From Octopus sinensis (taxonomy: Eukaryota), in contig NC_043006.1 of the NCBI RefSeq assembly GCF_006345805.1, positions 27,280,001 to 27,344,000 on the forward strand: a stretch of 64,000 bases of DNA, read 5' to 3'. The notes beneath the pieces were generated by a model, which was not told the DNA's origin, did no database searches, and worked only from the letters and a program-made list of their open reading frames with translations. The position numbers were made by a program, and so were the translations under genes. Shown here one piece after another: positions 11,040 to 24,415 of the stretch. Every line of letters begins with the position of its first letter. Position 1 is the stretch's first letter.

Positions 11040-12210
11040 GACTGATTGATTAACTGACTCAAAATATACACGCATATAGTTCACAGCGAAACTGCGGCTA
11101 AGGACATTAAAACCATTTCATTATCGTAAGATACGAAGCTGTGGCTAAAGATGATAGAAGATGTAAGAAGGTTAACGTTCGAAATTTAAGCGTACGAAAC
11201 TGTTGACAGTCTTGTTCGAAAAATGCTTGTGCTTGTTTGGGTAAGAAGTACAACTTTCGAATTAGCTGCTGAAGGTTGAAAACGGTAAGTTTACAAATAT
11301 TTGTTTGAAAATATCCTTGAGTGCTATATACTTTAGAATCATATCCGGCATAACTACAGATTTCTGCCCCCCTCCACCGCCGACTTTGGATGTTCATAAC
11401 TTTCAGAAAAATGGATATTTTTTAATGAAATTTTCTACGAATATGTGTTATATCTTGTAGATTCCGAATATACAAATTTTTTGGAGAAAGTGTTTTACGA
11501 GGGGGTGCGGTGAGGGATTTCGGAAAATTCACCAGAGTCCACTTTAATTCGTCTTCATTTTAATACATACATAGGCGGAGGTAAAGAATACGCACACCAC
11601 CCGTTTTCGGCGTTACTCTAATCCTAATTCTAACCCTTAAACATGTGTATTGAACGAATATGAAGACAAAAGGAGCTTCTTCAGAAACGCACCTCTCCAA
11701 GAAAATGAAATGCAATTTTAAAAAAAGTTATGTAAATGGAAAATATAGACAAAATAAATGGTGTATGAAAAATATTAGAAAGAGTCATCCATTTTCAAAT
11801 ATTTTATACTAAAAAAATAAAACGAAAACGGGCACTCGTAGAATATAAATAAAGATATCGGATGATAACAAGGGGCGGTAATCTACTTTTTGGGGTTTGG
11901 GTTAATACTTTCACCCGCACGATTTTCTCTAAGTTAAAAAAAAAAAAAGAAAAGACACGGATTTTTTGCGTGGAATCAAGTACCATGACCTCCACAAACC
12001 TCTTATTTTTGTTTGAAAAAGGTGGTGGGGGCGCGGAATCATTGGAAATTTTTTCTTTCCCATTGAATGAATTACAGTGACCTTTTTTTGGTCCGGAAAA
12101 TGGGGTGGGGTGGAACCCTCGGAAATTCATCCCAAACACCCCTATTAGGCAGTATACCTGCACGATTTTCAGTAAGAAAAAAAAATACACGGATTTTTTG
12201 CGTGGAATCA
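11040..12210. repeat. Unclassified interspersed repeat; related pieces at 1-760, 26280-26420 and 29115-29220
   Basis: ataactttcagaaaaatggatat occurs at ~11396, with near-identical copies at 100 and 350. agaaacgcacctctccaagaaaatgaaatgcaatt is shared between ~11685 and ~29130. Confidence 0.6.
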
Positions 12211-12229
12211 AGTACTACCATTTGAGGGT

Positions 12230-12395
12230 GGTCGATGCCAGTGCCACCTGACTGGCCCCTCTCAGAGTAGTTGGCGTGAGGAAGGGCATCCAGCTGTAGA
12301 AACCTTGCTAGAACAGATTGGTGCCAGGTGCTTGCCAGTCCTCAGTCAAAACCGTCCAACCCATTCCAGCATAGAAAGCAGACGTCAGATGATGA
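12230..12395 (+). mobile_element. SINE/RTE-type 3' end with GAT tail (family also at 34204-34355 -, 36350-36420 -, 37130-37566 +, 40805-41050 -)
   Basis: Shared core gcatccagctgtagaaac..cagattgg..gtcctcagtcaaa..gtccaaccca..gcatggaaagcagacg followed by (GAT)n. Confidence 0.75.
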
Positions 12396-12589
12396 AAATA
12401 TAATATATTGCTCTACCATTCTTTCTCTCCCTCTCTCTCTCTCCCCACACACAAAAATGAAATGCATTAGTTACCTGATTTTGGCGCCAAAAATTGCAAA
12501 GGGAAAGTGGATTTCTTTTTCAAATCTATTCTGCCATCCTAGCGTGTGGCATTTATGTATAGTAATGCCCTCTATATAAATAAATATAT

Positions 12590-12784
12590 TTAAGGGGAAA
12601 AATTGGTGGATTTTCTTTCTCTTATGAGGTTTTTCACGCTTCCTCCCTCACCATCTCTTCCATCATTTTTCATTGATTTAATAAGCCTAAACACTCTATC
12701 TGGGTTCTCATCAAACCCACTCAACCTCTCCTCAGTCTTCTTCCTCATAGATCTCGCAACCACCCTTTTTGCATGATTCTTCAT
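12590..12784 (-). mobile_element. RTE LINE fragment
   Basis: AKRVVARSMRKKTEE..VFRLIKSMKNDGRDGEGG resembles the RTE region upstream of the RT domain. Confidence 0.55.
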
Positions 12785-15134
12785 ATTATTATACGTTTTA
12801 AAAAAATAAATTTTTCACTTGTAAATGTGGTTTCCATCCTGGATACAGTACAACCAACAGGATATTCACTTAGTTGCAGGTTTTCAAGAAATCGTGGGAA
12901 TATTAACAAGAAGTCTATGGTTGTTTTGTAGACCTTACAATGGAATCTTACCACATGCCAGAGAATATGTTGTGGAAGATTTGTAGGGGTTGAGATTAAT
13001 GACCAATTCTGTTTGTTGTGAAGTCCCTATATAAAAATCCAATGACCCTTCCAGGTAAGTCAAAATCTTCTAACAAGGGTGTTAGACGTGGCGTGTATTG
13101 TCACCTCTCCTCTTTTTTTTCATGAACTGGATTGACATATACAGCCATTGTGGAATTGGTAAATAATGGGAATAATTATATTTGTTTTATTGTGTGTGTG
13201 GTGGTTCTCGGCTGGGAATGATGGAGGGTAAATTAAAGAAGACATAGATGATAATTAAAGACGGGTGATAGAGGTGAGAGTGATGCAGTTGTAGAGTCCT
13301 CTGTAATTGGGGAAGGGGGTATGGTAAGAAATGGGATGGTGGATAAAGATTAGTGATGGTTTATTGTGGAAGGTGTTGGATAGAGTGGAAAGGTAACAGT
13401 GAATAGTGAAGGACTATCATATTTTAAGTGTTATGGAAAAGGGGAATGGAGAGAGCTACATAGATAGGTAGAGTAAAATTTTGTGATGTGAGCAGCGTGG
13501 AAAGACATTGGGTACAATAGAGGTAGGGGTATGGGAAGAGGAAGAGCAGGGTGATAATGCCATGACAGTATTCCAGAGGAAGATATAGTGAAGCGATCAC
13601 CAATGGGAAGAGAGTATGGTGAGAGGTATAGAGAAACAGTGGAAAGGCCTGTAGTGAGAGAACAGTTAATGGAGGTTGAGAGAAAGAGTTTTGAGTGATG
13701 AAGAGATGAAGTCATGGAGTTGGGAGGACGGAAGGTAATGGGACAGTGAGGTGTGCATGTGTTAAAGCAAATACATACTTGTACATGCATGAGGGTCATA
13801 CCTTCTTCATTATAGGTAAATAATGGATTACAAGCAGGAGCAATGTGCTGTCATTGAATCTTGAGAGAGGAAAGGTGCAAACCATCTTGTATCTACAGAT
13901 TCATGTGGACAGATGAGTCACAATGTGTGAGTTTGTTACACAATTGGACTATGGCCGTAATGCATTGCACAAGATGATGGAAGTCTGAGTATTGTTTCCA
14001 ATACCCTATCTATGTGTAAAGTATGTAACACAGCAGTTGACTCCTGATTTGAAGGATGGAAAGGTGGATGTGATTAAAGCCAATGATGATATGGTTTTTG
14101 TTTTATCTGCTAATAGAAAATGAAAACTGGGCATATCCTTGTGATCCAGAAACAAAATCTTAGGCCATGGAATAGCATCACACGTCTTCTCCAAAGCCCA
14201 GCAAGTTCAAGAGCCACTGATTAGTATTGAAATCATGTTGACTTGTTTGGGCTGACAAGGGTATCATTCTCCTTGATTTTCTGGAACATGGCTGTACTAT
14301 GAAAAGTGAATAATACACAGAAACACTTGCAAAGCTTAGAGATTCCATTAAGAGGACATAATAGAACAAGAATCTGAAGACTACCTATATTCACCATGAT
14401 AATGAATGACCACATATATCGTTGTCAACAAATCAAGTAGTTGCGAATTTAGGATTTTAAGTGGTTCACCAGTCAGCTTGGATGTGCTGTCCTCTAACTT
14501 TAACCCTTTCAGAGTAATGAAGAACAGTGTTTGGTGACAAAATATAAAACATCCTTTGATGCAGGTAGAGGAATCTTTATATTATTGTTTGATCTTTTAA
14601 AATGGCATCCAATTTTCCCTCAAATTAACCCCTACAATCCTGAAAGATGATGGATATATTGGACTAGTTCAAATGTTCAGATACAGTTTATATCTTCAGT
14701 TTATTAATATTGAAATGTAGTAAAATTTTCATTGTTGAATCTCCTCTTCTTTATATTCTCCTATCTTATACAGTATTTATCATTTTTATTTCAGAATATT
14801 GGATGAGGGTGCCTTAAAAGTATCATCAGTTTTTATCTTCTATTAAAGGCACAAAAAAGATGTTATGCAGAACTATTATAACACTGTTTATGTAAATATG
14901 TAGTGAATTAGGATGAAATATTTCTTCACATCATTTATTAGTAGCTTATGTTTACTTCATTGTCTGAGCTGTTTACTTGATGAATTCATAATCTTCGGGA
15001 AAATTTCCTAAAAAGTTTACATCTTCTTCATAAACTGTGAAGCATAAATATAGCAGTAGAATTATTTCTTTGCAAGAAAATAGAAAATACAAAGCAGAAC
15101 AGCATTTGTACATTGTGGTGAAATACAAAGAATT

Positions 15135-16781
15135 ATGGAGAAAGGAATATGTGAGAACCAGCAAAAATGCAAAGCACAATCAAAGGTGATTGATTTTCCT
15201 GCTGAGAAGTTGAAACTGAAAGGGACAAGTAACCTAACTACTCGAAAACGTACAAATAGTAGAGAGAAATACTATCACTGTGATATCTGTGGTAAGTCAT
15301 TCTTTCGAAAGTATGAGGTTGCTATACACAAACGTATTCACACAGGAGAGAAACCTTATCGCTGTGAGATCTGTGGTAAATCATTCTCTGTAAATAGTTC
15401 TTTAACTAATCATAAACGCATTCATACAGGAGAGAAGCCATATCACTGTGATACTTGTGGTTATTCATGCTCAGAAAAAGGGGCTTTGGTGCAACATATA
15501 CGAGTTCATACTGGCGTGAAACCATATCATTGTGATATCTGTGACAAATCATTTACTCAAAGAAGTAATTTAACTAAGCACAATGTTATTCATACGGGAG
15601 AGAAGCCTTATCGCTGTAATATCTGTGGAAAGTTATTCTCCTCAAATGCTAACTTAACTATTCACAAACGTGTTCATACAGGTGAAAAGCCATATCACTG
15701 TGATGTGTGTGATAAATCATTTGCTCAAGCTACTGATTTAACTAAACACAAACGCATTCATACAGGTGAGAAACCATATCAGTGTGATATTTGTGGTAAA
15801 TCTTTCTCTGCATGTACTCAATTAATCATTCATAAACGTGTTCATACAGGAAGGAAACCATATCGTTGTGATATTTGTGGTAAATCTTTCTCCCAAAGTA
15901 GTTACTTAATTCCTCATAAACGTATTCATACTGGAGAGAAGCCATATTGCTGTACTGTCTGTGGTAAATCATTTTCTTATAGAATTTCTTTTACAAACCA
16001 CCAACGTATTCATACAGGACAGAAGCCATACAACTGTGATATCTGTGATAAATCTTTCTCACGCAAGGATTACTTAACTAACCACAAACGCATTCATACA
16101 GGAGAGAAACCATATCATTGTGATATTTGTGGTAAATCATTCTCTCTATATTGTCAAATAGGGATTCATAAACGCATTCATACAGGAGAAAAGCCTTATC
16201 ATTGTGATATCTGTGGTAAATCATTTCCACAGACATGTGGATTAACTACTCATAAACGTATTCATACAGGAGAAAAACCATTTCAGTGTGATATCTGTAA
16301 TAAATCATTCACTGTAAATAGTACTTTGACTAAACATAAACGTCTACATACAGGAGAGAAGCCACATCACTGTGATGTCTGTGGTAAATCATTCCCACAA
16401 ACTGGCAGCCTAACTCAACACAAACTCATTCATACAGGTGAGAGGCCGTATTGCTGTGATGTCTGTGGTAAATCCTTTTCTAAAAATTGTTCTTTAACTC
16501 AACACAAACGCATTCATACAGGAGAGAAGCCATATCATTGTGATATCTGTGGTAAATCATTCTCTCGTAGTGCTAACTTATTTAAACACAAACGCGTACA
16601 TACTGGAGAAAAGCCATATCACTGTGATATCTGTGGTAAATCATTCTCTGAAAGTGGTACATTAACTAAACATAAACGCATACATACAGGAGAGAAGCCT
16701 TATCACTGTGATATCTGTGGAAAAGCTTATTCGAAAAAATGTTCTTTGGTTAAACACAAATGTAATCCTACAAAAGACTAA
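15135..16781 (+). CDS. C2H2 zinc-finger protein ZNF-B (548 aa; 17 canonical fingers plus a non-canonical terminal finger), paralog of ZNF-A
   Basis: Tandem C2H2/TGEKP repeats collinear with ZNF-A. Acceptor tttttatttcag ending 14794, AATAAA at 17004-17009. Confidence 0.95.
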   Translation: MEKGICENQQKCKAQSKVIDFPAEKLKLKGTSNLTTRKRTNSREKYYHCDICGKSFFRKYEVAIHKRIHTGEKPYRCEICGKSFSVNSSLTNHKRIHTGEKPYHCDTCGYSCSEKGALVQHIRVHTGVKPYHCDICDKSFTQRSNLTKHNVIHTGEKPYRCNICGKLFSSNANLTIHKRVHTGEKPYHCDVCDKSFAQATDLTKHKRIHTGEKPYQCDICGKSFSACTQLIIHKRVHTGRKPYRCDICGKSFSQSSYLIPHKRIHTGEKPYCCTVCGKSFSYRISFTNHQRIHTGQKPYNCDICDKSFSRKDYLTNHKRIHTGEKPYHCDICGKSFSLYCQIGIHKRIHTGEKPYHCDICGKSFPQTCGLTTHKRIHTGEKPFQCDICNKSFTVNSTLTKHKRLHTGEKPHHCDVCGKSFPQTGSLTQHKLIHTGERPYCCDVCGKSFSKNCSLTQHKRIHTGEKPYHCDICGKSFSRSANLFKHKRVHTGEKPYHCDICGKSFSESGTLTKHKRIHTGEKPYHCDICGKAYSKKCSLVKHKCNPTKD

Positions 16782-16811
16782 ACTTATCCATGTCAAAAGT
16801 CATTCTCTGAA

Positions 16812-16837
16812 ATATATATATATATATATATTCTCTG

Positions 16838-16886
<49 letters not shown>
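16812..16886. repeat. (TA)n microsatellite after the ZNF-B stop; other TA/CA/T tracts at 206-240, 768-792, 6780-6800, 8846-8875, 18874-18913, 20901-20943, 51561-51596, 60298-60321
   Basis: Directly visible simple repeats. Confidence 0.95.
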
Positions 16887-16887
<1 letters not shown>

Positions 16888-16890
16888 CAA

Positions 16891-19800
16891 TAAATGTATT
16901 GACAGAAGAAATAAGATGTGTGGGTTAACAACCCCTCTGAACAGTATATATAGTACTCAGTTATATGTGTTTTGGTGAAATGTCTTACAACTGTAATATT
17001 TTCAATAAAAAACATTATTTCTGAGGTCTTGTGTATATGGGGTCTGATCAATAAGTATTTCTATTGTTGCCATAGTGATGAAGCTAAAGCATGCAGAGTA
17101 AAGCTGCTTGGCACAGATTGACCTTGATCTCTGCTGGGCATGTGCACTAAGTTTTAACATTCTAGCTCACTTCTGCTGTTTACAGCAGTGCTTTGAAGTA
17201 ATGTGATTGTTGCATTGACCATGACAGAAAAAGTTGTCATGGTGATACCTGCTCAGAGATCTGCACACAGTTGCAGAAAGTGTATAGGCTGTGCACAAGT
17301 GTATGAGTGGTTCAGACCTTACCAAGATGGCTAAAAGAAATGTTGATAGTAACGAATGTTCTGGGATACCTGCAAGCAGCAGAACAGAAAAACATCACAG
17401 ATATGCATGCAGCTGTGAGGGGAAATCGTTGAATTACCATTCATGAGTTATTAGAGGATGTGCATATTAGTTACGGTTCTTGTTTTCTCCATGAAGATTT
17501 GGGTATGAGACGCATGTCTGCCAAGTTTGTGCCAAAATTGCTTTCAGCTAACCAAAAGGTCACTTGGGTTCTAGTTGCACAAAATCCCCTTGATTGTCAA
17601 GAACAATGAAAACTTTAAAAAAAATTTTGTGTAAGCTTCTGAGCAGGTATCGTCAAGCTTTTGACAAAATTTGATGCAAATTCTCTGCTCAACCCTCTCT
17701 GTCATGGTCAATGTGATGAACACACGCTACACATGTTACTTCCAAGCACTGCTGTAAACAGTGGAAGTGAGCTAGAATGTTAAAACTTAGTGCACATGCA
17801 CAGCAGAGGTCAAGGTCAGTCTGTGACAAGCAGCTTCACTCTGTGGGCTTTAACTTCATTACTATGGCAACAGTATGGTTACTTACTGATCAAACCACCT
17901 ATTCACTCTGATTTCTGGAGGGAATGTTATTGTTAACACCTAAAAGAAGATGCTTCTTTTTCTATTCACCTTTGTTGAATGCAACTTTGACCAGGAGAAA
18001 CTGATGTCATCATACAGTATCCAATGGTCATTTGATGTTTTAACTCTGAATCATAATCTGCTCCTGACGGTTGGTCTGCAAATATGGCCAATCCATTGCA
18101 CACCATCTCTTCCTCGCTTCCAGCTTAACTCCTTGCTCTTGAATTCATAACCAACTGCCTCTCCCATTCTGTTCACAGCTACCTTTTACTCCTTCGCTCT
18201 AATTCCAATGACTAAGCATCCTCCATACTAACTGGGTAGGGGATCCCCTTCAGCCAACCTCAACAAAGAATAGTTGTAGGCTTGCTCCCATACAAAGGTT
18301 TGACTGCAATCTACCTCTCACGGGACTGTGCTGGATCCAGGTTATTTTTATTATTTTCTTTTCAGATCCCAACACATCTGGCCTCAGGCTTGTCTGAAAA
18401 ATCCAAGCAAGTTGCAATCTTTCCTCCCAGTTCTACTTTTATATCCTCTGACTGGGCCCCATGTAGTTAACTGCTTGTCCATTTTGCTGTTCTTACTAGC
18501 TTTTCTCCTTCCTTCACAAACTTGATTACTGGTGCTGTTTTCCCTGATGTTGGTTTTGTTGCATCTTTCCTGTTCCATGCTGTGAGTGATTGTTGCAAGT
18601 ACCTTAAGAAGGTCCCACTTGTATCTTCCTTGAATAAATGCTGTTTTACTCCCTGACATGTTCCAGGGTGCTGCTCACTCCACAAAGTCTACATCGCTGA
18701 TCCCCTTTCACTCTCCTTCTGTGCAGGTTTGTTGGTAAAGGGAGTGTGCCATAACACTGTCTGCAGTAGGGAAATGTAGCACGGTTTTAATCCCCATAGG
18801 TCAGTCCATGTGACCCTTTTGGAACACCAGGGATACTAGCTCCTCACCTCTTGACCTTTCTTCCTCCTGGTCCTATATATATATGTATATATATATATTA
18901 TATATATATATATAACATAAATGTATTGACAGAAGAAATAAGATGTGTGGGTTAACAACCCCTCTGAACAGTATATATAGTACTCAGTTATATGTGTTTT
19001 GGTGAAATGTCTTACAACTGTAATATTTTCAATAAAAAACATTATTTCTGAGGTCTTGTGTATATGGGGTCTGATCAATAAGTATTTCTATTGTTGCCAT
19101 AGTGATGAAGCTAAAGCATGCAGAGTAAAGCTGCTTGGCACAGATTGACCTTGATCTCTGCTGGGCATGTGCACTAAGTTTTAACATTCTAGCTCACTTC
19201 TGCTGTTTACAGCAGTGCTTTGAAGTAATGTGATTGTTGCATTGACCATGACAGAAAAAGTTGTCATGGTGATACCTGCTCAGAGATCTGCACACAGTTG
19301 CAGAAAGTGTATAGGCTGTGCACAAGTGTATGAGTGGTTCAGACCTTACCAAGATGGCTAAAAGAAATGTTGATAGTAACGAATGTTCTGGGATACCTGC
19401 AAGCAGCAGAACAGAAAAACATCACAGATATGCATGCAGCTGTGAGGGGAAATCGTTGAATTACCATTCATGAGTTATTAGAGGATGTGCATATTAGTTA
19501 CGGTTCTTGTTTTCTCCATGAAGATTTGGGTATGAGACGCATGTCTGCCAAGTTTGTGCCAAAATTGCTTTCAGCTAACCAAAAGGTCACTTGGGTTCTA
19601 GTTGCACAAAATCCCCTTGATTGTCAAGAACAATGAAAACTTTAAAAAAAATTTTGTGTAAGCTTCTGAGCAGGTATCGTCAAGCTTTTGACAAAATTTG
19701 ATGCAAATTCTCTGCTCAACCCTCTCTGTCATGGTCAATGTGATGAACACACGCTACACATGTTACTTCCAAGCACTGCTGTAAACAGTGGAAGTGAGCT

Positions 19801-20900
19801 AGAATGTTAAAACTTAGTGCACATGCACAGCAGAGGTCAAGGTCAGTCTGTGACAAGCAGCTTCACTCTGTGGGCTTTAACTTCATTACTATGGCAACAG
19901 TATGGTTACTTACTGATCAAACCACCTATTCACTCTGATTTCTGGAGGGAATGTTATTGTTAACACCTAAAAGAAGATGCTTCTTTTTCTATTCACCTTT
20001 GTTGAATGCAACTTTGACCAGGAGAAACTGATGTCATCATACAGTATCCAATGGTCATTTGATGTTTTAACTCTGAATCATAATCTGCTCCTGACGGTTG
20101 GTCTGCAAATATGGCCAATCCATTGCACACCATCTCTTCCTCGCTTCCAGCTTAACTCCTTGCTCTTGAATTCATAACCAACTGCCTCTCCCATTCTGTT
20201 CACAGCTACCTTTTACTCCTTCGCTCTAATTCCAATGACTAAGCATCCTCCATACTAACTGGGTAGGGGATCCCCTTCAGCCAACCTCAACAAAGAATAG
20301 TTGTAGGCTTGCTCCCATACAAAGGTTTGACTGCAATCTACCTCTCACGGGACTGTGCTGGATCCAGGTTATTTTTATTATTTTCTTTTCAGATCCCAAC
20401 ACATCTGGCCTCAGGCTTGTCTGAAAAATCCAAGCAAGTTGCAATCTTTCCTCCCAGTTCTACTTTTATATCCTCTGACTGGGCCCCATGTAGTTAACTG
20501 CTTGTCCATTTTGCTGTTCTTACTAGCTTTTCTCCTTCCTTCACAAACTTGATTACTGGTGCTGTTTTCCCTGATGTTGGTTTTGTTGCATCTTTCCTGT
20601 TCCATGCTGTGAGTGATTGTTGCAAGTACCTTAAGAAGGTCCCACTTGTATCTTCCTTGAATAAATGCTGTTTTACTCCCTGACATGTTCCAGGGTGCTG
20701 CTCACTCCACAAAGTCTACATCGCTGATCCCCTTTCACTCTCCTTCTGTGCAGGTTTGTTGGTAAAGGGAGTGTGCCATAACACTGTCTGCAGTAGGGAA
20801 ATGTAGCACGGTTTTAATCCCCATAGGTCAGTCCATGTGACCCTTTTGGAACACCAGGGATACTAGCTCCTCACCTCTTGACCTTTCTTCCTCCTGGTCC
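16891..20900 (+). repeat. Near-perfect tandem duplication with period 2027 bp (16891-18873 and 18918-20900), bounded by (TA)n tracts
   Basis: ORF-track entries recur with identical translations at +2027 (17950/19977, 18282/20309, 18384/20411, 18467/20494). Confidence 0.95.
17038..17899 (+). mobile_element. Mariner deletion derivative with long (~170 bp) TIRs; second copy at 19065-19926
   Basis: TA TSD at 17036-17037 and 17900-17901. The site is empty in the ZNF-A (~5056) and ZNF-C (~34705) flanks. Internal LHEDLGMRRMSAKFVPKLLS; ends are reverse-complementary over ~170 bp. Confidence 0.9.
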
Positions 20901-20906
20901 TATATA

Positions 20907-20943
<37 letters not shown>

Positions 20944-20945
<2 letters not shown>

Positions 20946-21102
20946 GACAGGCTTCTTTCAGTTTCCGTCTACCAAATCCACCTACAAGGCTTTGGTTGGT
21001 CCAAGGCTATAGTAGAAGACACTTGCCTAAGGTACCACGCAGTGGAACTGAACCCGGAACCATGTGGTTGGGAAGCAAGCTTCTTACCACACAGCCACTC
21101 CT
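20944..21102 (-). mobile_element. tRNA-derived SINE, 5' part
   Basis: ggcttctttcagtttccgtctaccaaatcc..ccacacagccactcc, same family as 6355. Confidence 0.85.
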
Positions 21103-24024
21103 CTTTTTTCTCAAAATGAAAAATGCTGTAAATATTACTCATTGCGCCCCACCTCTCCTTATAGGAAATGGGTCATGGCTACTTTCTTTAGGTTTTGCTG
21201 TCTTCCATTGTTGGAAATGGGAAGAACTGAGACCCCATGTTCTATTTATTATTGTTTAGTGAAGAGTGAGGGAGTGCAATGCAAATCAAATTGAACATAT
21301 CTGGCTCTGTATGGGAAGTATCTGTACAAACTTTTATTTCAGCTAGAAAAAAGTAATTAAATTTGCCTGCCCCTCCACCAAAACTCTCTTTGACTACTTC
21401 AGGATTGAGCAAATAGCAATGGTGTGAGCAGAATTGTAATAAAGGTAATAACAGTATCCCATAAAATATTCAAAATATTAGACAGTAACTGGTATTTTGG
21501 CTGTTACATAATAAGAACTGGTAGAGAAATAGAGGGATCATATTTATAATGCCTGACAATATATTACCTGTTAAAATAACATAATTACTGCTGACCATTT
21601 CAAAAGATATCCTAGCTACATCATGATAGCTTCTCTAGAATTCATGTTGATATAGTACAATAAATGTGGAGTAATCAAGACATCAGAATTCTGTGATACA
21701 AATGACATCACCATCTGCACCGCAGACTTCAGGAAACTGGCCAACCATTTTATCAACTATCAGTTAGGTAAAACCAGAAGCAAGATAGATTTCAATTTTG
21801 TTAAAAAATGTGAATAAGTGAATGGTTGAAAATACCAAGTTTTTCCCTCTTGAAAATGTGCCACTCACCATAGATGAGAAATAGTTTCTTCAAAACAAGA
21901 GCTAGACAAACTTAGAAATGAAAGACAATATGGCAAAAATATGTCAAGAGTGAAAGAGCCCTTGGCTGGTCATATATTTAGAAAAATATGAGCTAATGAT
22001 CATAACAGAAGGAGGTGACATAAAGAAAAAAATTGACAGTTTCTACAGAATGACTGACTAGAAGACGCTGCCTACATACATTGCTTGTATGTGATCCCAA
22101 CCAGAGGGAAGATATATTTTAGTGAAATAATAATATAGATAGGGCAATAGTAGTTGAAGGATATGTTGGGAAGTGGAGGAACAGAAAAAAATATTGAATA
22201 GTTAAAGAGAAGTTATGCTTCAGGGATAGTTAGCAAAGGAAGCATGAAAAACTTATGGTGAAAAGAGAAGATACACCGAGACATTATAAAGTAGACTTTT
22301 ATATATGTAAATGCAGAATGCCAGCAGGGTGAGAGTCTACTTCAAGTTGACAGCAAAGTAATTAGGGATATGAAGGTAATGAAAGCAACAGGTCAATGGG
22401 AAAGAGACTTCTGGATCTGGTGGTATAGGGAAGTGTTGTAATTAATAACTGACATTTTAACTGGTAACTGCTACAGGAATAAAATGAGGAACAAGAGAGG
22501 ACATTTCAGAAGTATCATTGTTGCAAAAGATTCTGATAGTTATTGCGACTATTAGAGAATTAACCTAAAGATGCCATGGGGCTTTGTGTGAAAAACATCA
22601 CTGCAGTCATATTTCTTGTTATTAACTGCAGAAGAAATACTTAGCTAGTTGTAAGTCTATACATTGGTTGGATGACAAGACCCCGCTTTCCTGTGGGCCA
22701 TTGGTTGCTTAGAAAGCCAGAGGTTTGGGAAATGCTTATCGAGGCCTTTAGAAACTATGTACAGAGATTCATTAATGAATCTCTGTACAATGAGCCTAGC
22801 AGACAGGTAGGGGTCTACTAGTGGTAAGTCCTTCTTTCTTGTTCATTGTGGTCTTCCAAGCCATAATAGCTGTCCACAGAGGCAACAATATGCTGATGAG
22901 GTTTTCTGTTTTAGATGCTTTATCTTCAGATATATGCAGGACTTGGTGTCTTTGCAGGTGAGTTTTGTGTCATTAATGTCCCTCCTGAGTAGTTCAAATA
23001 CAACACCTGCAGGAAAGAAATGAGAAAAGCCAGTGATTAGGAAAGAAGGAATGGGTGTGTTTATTAGTTCAGGAATGGGGAATCTGATTGCTCACCCTGC
23101 TAGTAATGATGCCCAACTTTTCCTCAAATTACTCCCTATCATATCATTGAAAGGAAATGGATACAAAGGATTGGTACATTTGTTCAAATAAATGCTTATA
23201 TTTACAGACATGATGTAGTCTACTCTTATAAACACCCTCTATAGCTTATAGTTTCTTTGTTTCAGAAAATCAGACAGCATTAAAATATATTGTAACTCTC
23301 CTATTACCCTGTCACATCTAAAGTCTGTTTATCTCATCATCATACTTCATCCTCTCACCTTACTATGTCTATGGTAAAAAAAAAATTTCTTTGCTGCTAG
23401 TGTGGTGAGTGTACATTAAATGCTAATAATGTATAGTGTGCAAGTGGAAAGATGGAAGGTAGTCCCAGATAAACACCTCACAGGAAAGAAAAAGCAGGAT
23501 AATTCTTCTGTGAGAGAAGTACGGAGATTGGGTGTGGGATGGATGAAGTCATTGAGATAGTCTGGGTGTGTGATAGGATAATTAAAAATGAGATTAGTTA
23601 CAGACAACTTGGCAGCAGCAATTGTTTCTGCATATATTTCAGCAACCAAGATTAGTACATGACCAGAATGGACATTGTTATGAGAGTCTTTTGCAGACTA
23701 CTTCATCAACAATTGACAACTTCTTTATTGTAACTGGAAACTTTTAACAATCATGTTTTAATTCTATGTAGTCTTTTATAATTATACTTGGAAATTGTGA
23801 CTTTGGTACAAGAAATTCAATATTGAATGGCTGAAAATATTTCTATAATAATTTGTACTAGATGAAGGACCAATTTTGTAAAGTAAATTGTATTAAACAC
23901 ACACAGTACTATACATATGTACATATACACAAATAAAAACAATCTTTCATCCAGATTCTCCAACCCATGTCAGCACAGGAATCAAACATTGGATTGAAAG
24001 AACTGAACAGCGGTATAGATGTCA

Positions 24025-24415
24025 ACACAATTTTTTCTTCCCTTCTCTTTTCCATTGACACTCCTTTCAGATACACAGGCACCCATACACACACACACAC
24101 ACACTCTCTCTCACAAAACAATGATAAAAAGAAATCCAGTCAATTCTTTGACAAGTGACATTTGCCCCCCCCCCCCTCTTGAAGTGACCAGCTGGGTTTG
24201 CCATTTCTACAAGCCAAGAATCATTTACTATTGGAAGACTGACCAGCTACAAAGATGTAAACACATTTTTTTCTTCTTTCTCTCCTCCTTCCTTTTTCCA
24301 TTGACACTCCTTTCAGATACACAGACCCCACACACACACCCTCTTTCTCGCCAGACAATGATAAAAAGAAATCCAAACAATTTTTTGAAAAGTGACATTT
24401 TGCCAACCCAGATTC
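24025..24415 (+). repeat. Imperfect direct repeat, period ~246 bp
   Basis: tccattgacactcctttcagatacacag at 24051 and 24297, each followed by a CA tract and acaatgataaaaagaaatcca. Confidence 0.85.

Larger units (their letters stand above)
12810..18873 (+). repeat. Segmental duplicate of ~1000-6015 carrying ZNF-B
   Basis: Collinear similarity across the same three upstream TE relics, the acceptor, the ZNF ORF, the 3' UTR and the HERO relic. Confidence 0.9.

Noticed and set aside
22700-22990. Similarity to 26880-26960 (aaactcacctgcaa) suggesting a second gypsy copy
   Set aside because: Only ~14 bp match and the translations do not agree.
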